From NCBI GenBank assembly GCA_021432655.1, contig MU271617.1:1-38760 (forward strand): DNA of 38,760 nucleotides. Direction: 5' to 3'. The notes below the pieces were generated by a model, which saw only the letters and a program-made list of their open reading frames with translations, was not told the DNA's origin and made no database searches. Of this stretch, positions 35,078 through 38,760 are shown in pieces (the stretch's first letter is position 1; every line of letters starts with the position of its first letter). The translations under genes and the position numbers were made by a program. The DNA is from Atractiella rhizophila (lineage: Eukaryota).

Positions 35078-36244
35078 GTGAGCCTTTTCTCATGCATTGG
35101 TGGGGACGCGATGCTGGTGAAATCCTTCTCTTTGTATCAATATGTTTTCCTCTTTTCGAGGGATGAGGACCGGCTGATTTGTTTCCCAAGCTCTCCTCAT
35201 TTTTCCTTTTCGCCCATTTGAAGGATGCTTGTGCTTGTTCATGCATCATGCAAGTTCGGTTAGGGTTCTTGCCCAGTTCCCACAATCACTTTCACCCTGA
35301 CATGGAGTCGGGTCGTGATTTTTCTCCCTAGATGTACTTACATTTTCGAGAGCCTGATTCGACTTTCCTGTTGACTGTTTACGCAATTTTCTGCCGAACA
35401 TATTTTATTTTGTGTTGACAAGCCATTCTGGTCTGGACCTCAAAATTGTTCGGCCTAACGCCCTCTTATCCCTTGAGTTCCTAGTTGGAACGACTTGTAT
35501 ATCCCTCCGCCATTGATCAAAGCCGTTGTGATGGAGCTTTTGCTCCTGTCACCAGCAGCGCAAGGCAGAACGATCTTTCTTTCTTGCAGCCCTGATCTGA
35601 AATCCCGTTGCGTGAGTGCGGCGTGACCTGCATTTGAGAACCTTATTTATCGAAAGTACCCTAAACTTTATTCAAAAATCCCCGTTCCACTGTGATAATT
35701 TACCGAACCTTCGGTTTTCACCTTATTTCGTAGATTTTTCAATATGCCTACTGCCGTTGCTTGTGCTCGGAGGAAATGATGGATATCGATGGATTGCTAG
35801 AAAGATTGATCGAGAACGGCTTGCTGTTCAAACAAAATTCAATGGCTTCGCTTTGGCATCCATCTTCAACCTGTGACATTTGTGAAAGCTCGGCTTTCCC
35901 AAAAGAATTTCGAAAAGGGTGTGAGATGAGGGGAAAGCAACGGGAATGAGATCCCTTACTTGTCGCGGAGAACTTATTCAGTCGGTTGAATCATTCAACC
36001 TCACATTCGCTCACTGGAGATGGACCAGAGCATGCCTGAATTTGCGACCTTTTTCCCTCCCAATGGGCAACAAACAACTCAAAAGACTCAAAAGCAAGCG
36101 AAAAGAGCAAAAGCAATCAAGGTCCAAAGAACACCGGTAGTCCGGTCCTTTTTTGCCGGGATAATTTAATCGGACCCGGAACGGGTGACTTTCTTTGTCT
36201 CCACATGCGAGAACCTTGATCGTTGCCCATTTGGACATCGTGTC

Positions 36245-36252
36245 TGACGTCA
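36245..36252. promoter_or_regulatory. Perfect palindromic CRE (TGACGTCA)
   Basis: Exact ATF/CREB consensus about 110 bp upstream of ATG 36363. Confidence 0.55.
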
Positions 36253-36362
36253 ATGATTGCTCATCTTCATAATCCCCCTTCCTTTTTTTTCCGCGATTCT
36301 CTCCTCTCTTGCTCCTACCAAAATTTCTACTTTTCCCTCTTCTTCGTCATTTTCACGTAACA

Positions 36363-38465
36363 ATGGTGGAACCCGTACTTACCCCTCGTCCTTTCCCATT
36401 CCGTCGCCACTCTTCAGCCCAGTTTCACCACCAAAACCAACCTGAAACTCCTTCGAGATTCCTCGAGGCCCTTGGGGTGGCGGATTTCCACAAAACTACC
36501 TCTTCACAAGTCAACTCCAATCTTTGGGACGTCGGTCTCACCCCTTCCATCTTTGGACCTGGAAGGACGACAGGACTAACTCCGTTTGTCGGCGCACCGA
36601 CGCAGAAAGAGGTTGACCCTTTCGATTATCACTTCGCGAAGAAGTCGAGGGAGCGAGAGTTGGCAACGGCACAAAAGGCCGACGATATCTTCAGCTATCT
36701 CGATCTTCACACACCTGTTTTAGAGAAGGGTCCAATCAACTGGATGGGATTCGACGGCACTGCGACTGCAGGGGTGAAAAGACCGAGGGCAGAGGAAGAG
36801 CCGACTCTTGATCTGGCTGGCGACAACATTCTCAATCTTCAACCAAAACGTCCAAGGCTGGAAGGAGATCAGCCCGTCCAGGATCCTACGCTACTTCAAC
36901 AGCTTCAGTCTCGTCTGAGACCTGTCAGGACCGATACGGATTCTGCTTCCTCGTCCGACGCACAGTCGCTTCTTTCTTCTACAAGGAAGAGCACAATGAG
37001 CCTCACGACTATGGATCCTGAGTCCCAGAAGCCTACTCCGCTCAATAACATTAAACCCCAGCTCTTCGATCCTCTTGATCCTTCCAACTCTCCTGTCTCG
37101 GTTTCTAACCCTGTCTCTGCCGACCCATCAATGATTCTGTATCCTTCATCTGCTCAAAGTGTACCCCAGGAACTTGTTATTTCCGGCGAGATGCTAGCAT
37201 CCCTATCAGGGAAACCTCAGCCTCAGCTCCCTGTCACTGTAGCCGCCTACTCTGCTAATCTTCACGCTACGACGGCAGCAACGCTCAACATGTACGCTCC
37301 CGGCACAGCTGGTCCTCTCCCAGGAGCAGCTGGCGGACCTTCAACTTTGGTGATCAATGGCCAGATGGCGGGAATGACAGGTCCACAAAACGCAGTTCCT
37401 GCTACCTATGCATATCAGGCAGCTCCTCAAAGCCTAGACCTCGCTCTTCCTCAACAACCCATGGTAATGAACCCTCGACTTTCCCTTCCCTCCAATATTC
37501 CAACTACCAGCGCTTCGGTAGCTGCGACCATGGTCGCTACTACCACAGGGAAGAAGTCGACTCGAAGGGCGACCAGCCCGGCTGTCAAGAGTAAATCGGC
37601 GGGATCGTCGAAGAGCAAGAAGAAGAGTAAAGATAAGGAGAAGAAGGTGGAGAAGGAAGAGGAAGTTGATCCCGAAGAAGAGAAGAGGAAGCAATTTCTG
37701 GAGAGGAATAGGATTGCGGCTTGCAAGTCGAGGCAGAAGAAGAAGGAATGGGTGTCCAACCTGAGCAACAGTACGACTTTTATCCATACTTTCTGACATA
37801 AATTTGTTGACCCTGTTTTTGTAGTGGCGGAAGATTTGACGACCAAAAATCTCAGCCTGCAAAACCTCGTCAACAGTCTCAGAGAGGAGATCATTCAACT
37901 TCGAACTGAACTGTCGAGTCAAGCAGGATGCGATTGTCAGCATGCAAAACAGTTCTTGCGGCGGGAACAGCAGCGTCTTTCCCAAGTGGCGCCAACACCA
38001 ATGGTACAAACTATCTCCATTCCTGCTCCTCAACATGTCGATCCTTCGCTATATCACCCTCACCCGCCCCCTCCAGCTCCCTACTCGGCGTCGAGCAATT
38101 CTAACGACGCCTCTCCTATGTTCATTGCATCCCCAGCGACCACCGATGTTGGATCAGTCCCGCATGGTCATTTCGAGGGACAACCGCCACGATCTGCTCG
38201 AGGCTCCATGTCGATCGCCATGCCTGGGCCCATGTTCAACAACTCGCTACCGGTGCGACCTTCGTCGGCTCCCCCAACCACTCCGTCTGACCTAAGACTT
38301 CTCGGAATCCACAACCGAGATTATTTTGCTCAACCTACCCAGGCACAGTTGCAACAGCAACATGGTTACGTCCAGCCTGATGGACCAAGGTTCTCTCCAA
38401 GCAAATGGCTGTCAAACTTTGACTTCGACAATGTAGATCCATTGGTTCAGGCTCAAGCTCATTGA
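36363..38465 (+). CDS. ATF/CREB-family bZIP transcription factor (Atf1-like)
   Basis: EEKRKQFLERNRIAACKSRQKKKEWVSNL, intron 37771-37824, then the zipper (MAEDLTTKNLSLQNLVNSLREEIIQLRTEL...GCDC); GLTP and TGLTP Thr-Pro motifs in the N-terminus. Confidence 0.9.
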
Positions 38466-38760
38466 GGGGACTGTATTCAACTGCTCAGTACATTACGATT
38501 TTGTATCAACATGCTGTGGACTTTTCGTTGTCCATTTTCGTTGCTCATTATGCCTTCCCGTTTATCTTTTGAAGTACTTTATGGGCTTTTCGTGTTGAAA
38601 AATATTGAATCAGTCGCAATACACGCTACTTTACTCCTTCTGTTTCATGGCCTACACGATTAGAACTTCTTCGAGTTTCTACACACGTCGAGAAACTGGA
38701 CACTTATTATCGCATTTTTTGACGAAGACATGCTTCTCGGTTCCAGGTTGTGTTTCCAAA

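Noticed and set aside
34897..35166. Ctr copper transporter suggested by Met-rich MGMGMDIGM
   Set aside because: No transmembrane segments or MxxxM helix follow; it is better explained as a first exon of the bZIP gene.
24417..38465. Mating-type locus (G-gamma, cyclin, bZIP nearby)
   Set aside because: No pheromone precursor, STE3 receptor or homeodomain gene was seen.

Overview
Intron-rich fungal genomic DNA, most likely a basidiomycete (short GT-AG introns, CTRAY-like branch points, CAP64-like gene). It is mostly housekeeping and regulatory genes: 5' part of a Snf2-type remodeller, intron-containing tRNA-Ser(UGA), O-fucosyltransferase-like, Dbf2-like kinase, Naa38/Mak31-like Sm-fold protein, CAP64-like SGNH protein, NOP2, SMN-like, PEX3, G-protein gamma, SAGA Ada1-like, Clg1/Pcl-like cyclin and an ATF/CREB bZIP factor. 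An accessory block (about 9.4-16.5 kb) around a 251-N gap holds a 2.4-kb decayed island with no GATC and high TpA/low ApT, an LTR-like end with a tRNA-Glu-type primer-binding site, and an intact-looking stand-alone MLKL/HeLo-like four-helix-bundle gene. Other points: three single-base frameshifts in homopolymers of conserved genes (probably sequencing errors), a 305-bp tandem duplication, and a possible two-promoter, CRE-autoregulated bZIP gene. All calls come from reading motifs by eye; no searches were run.
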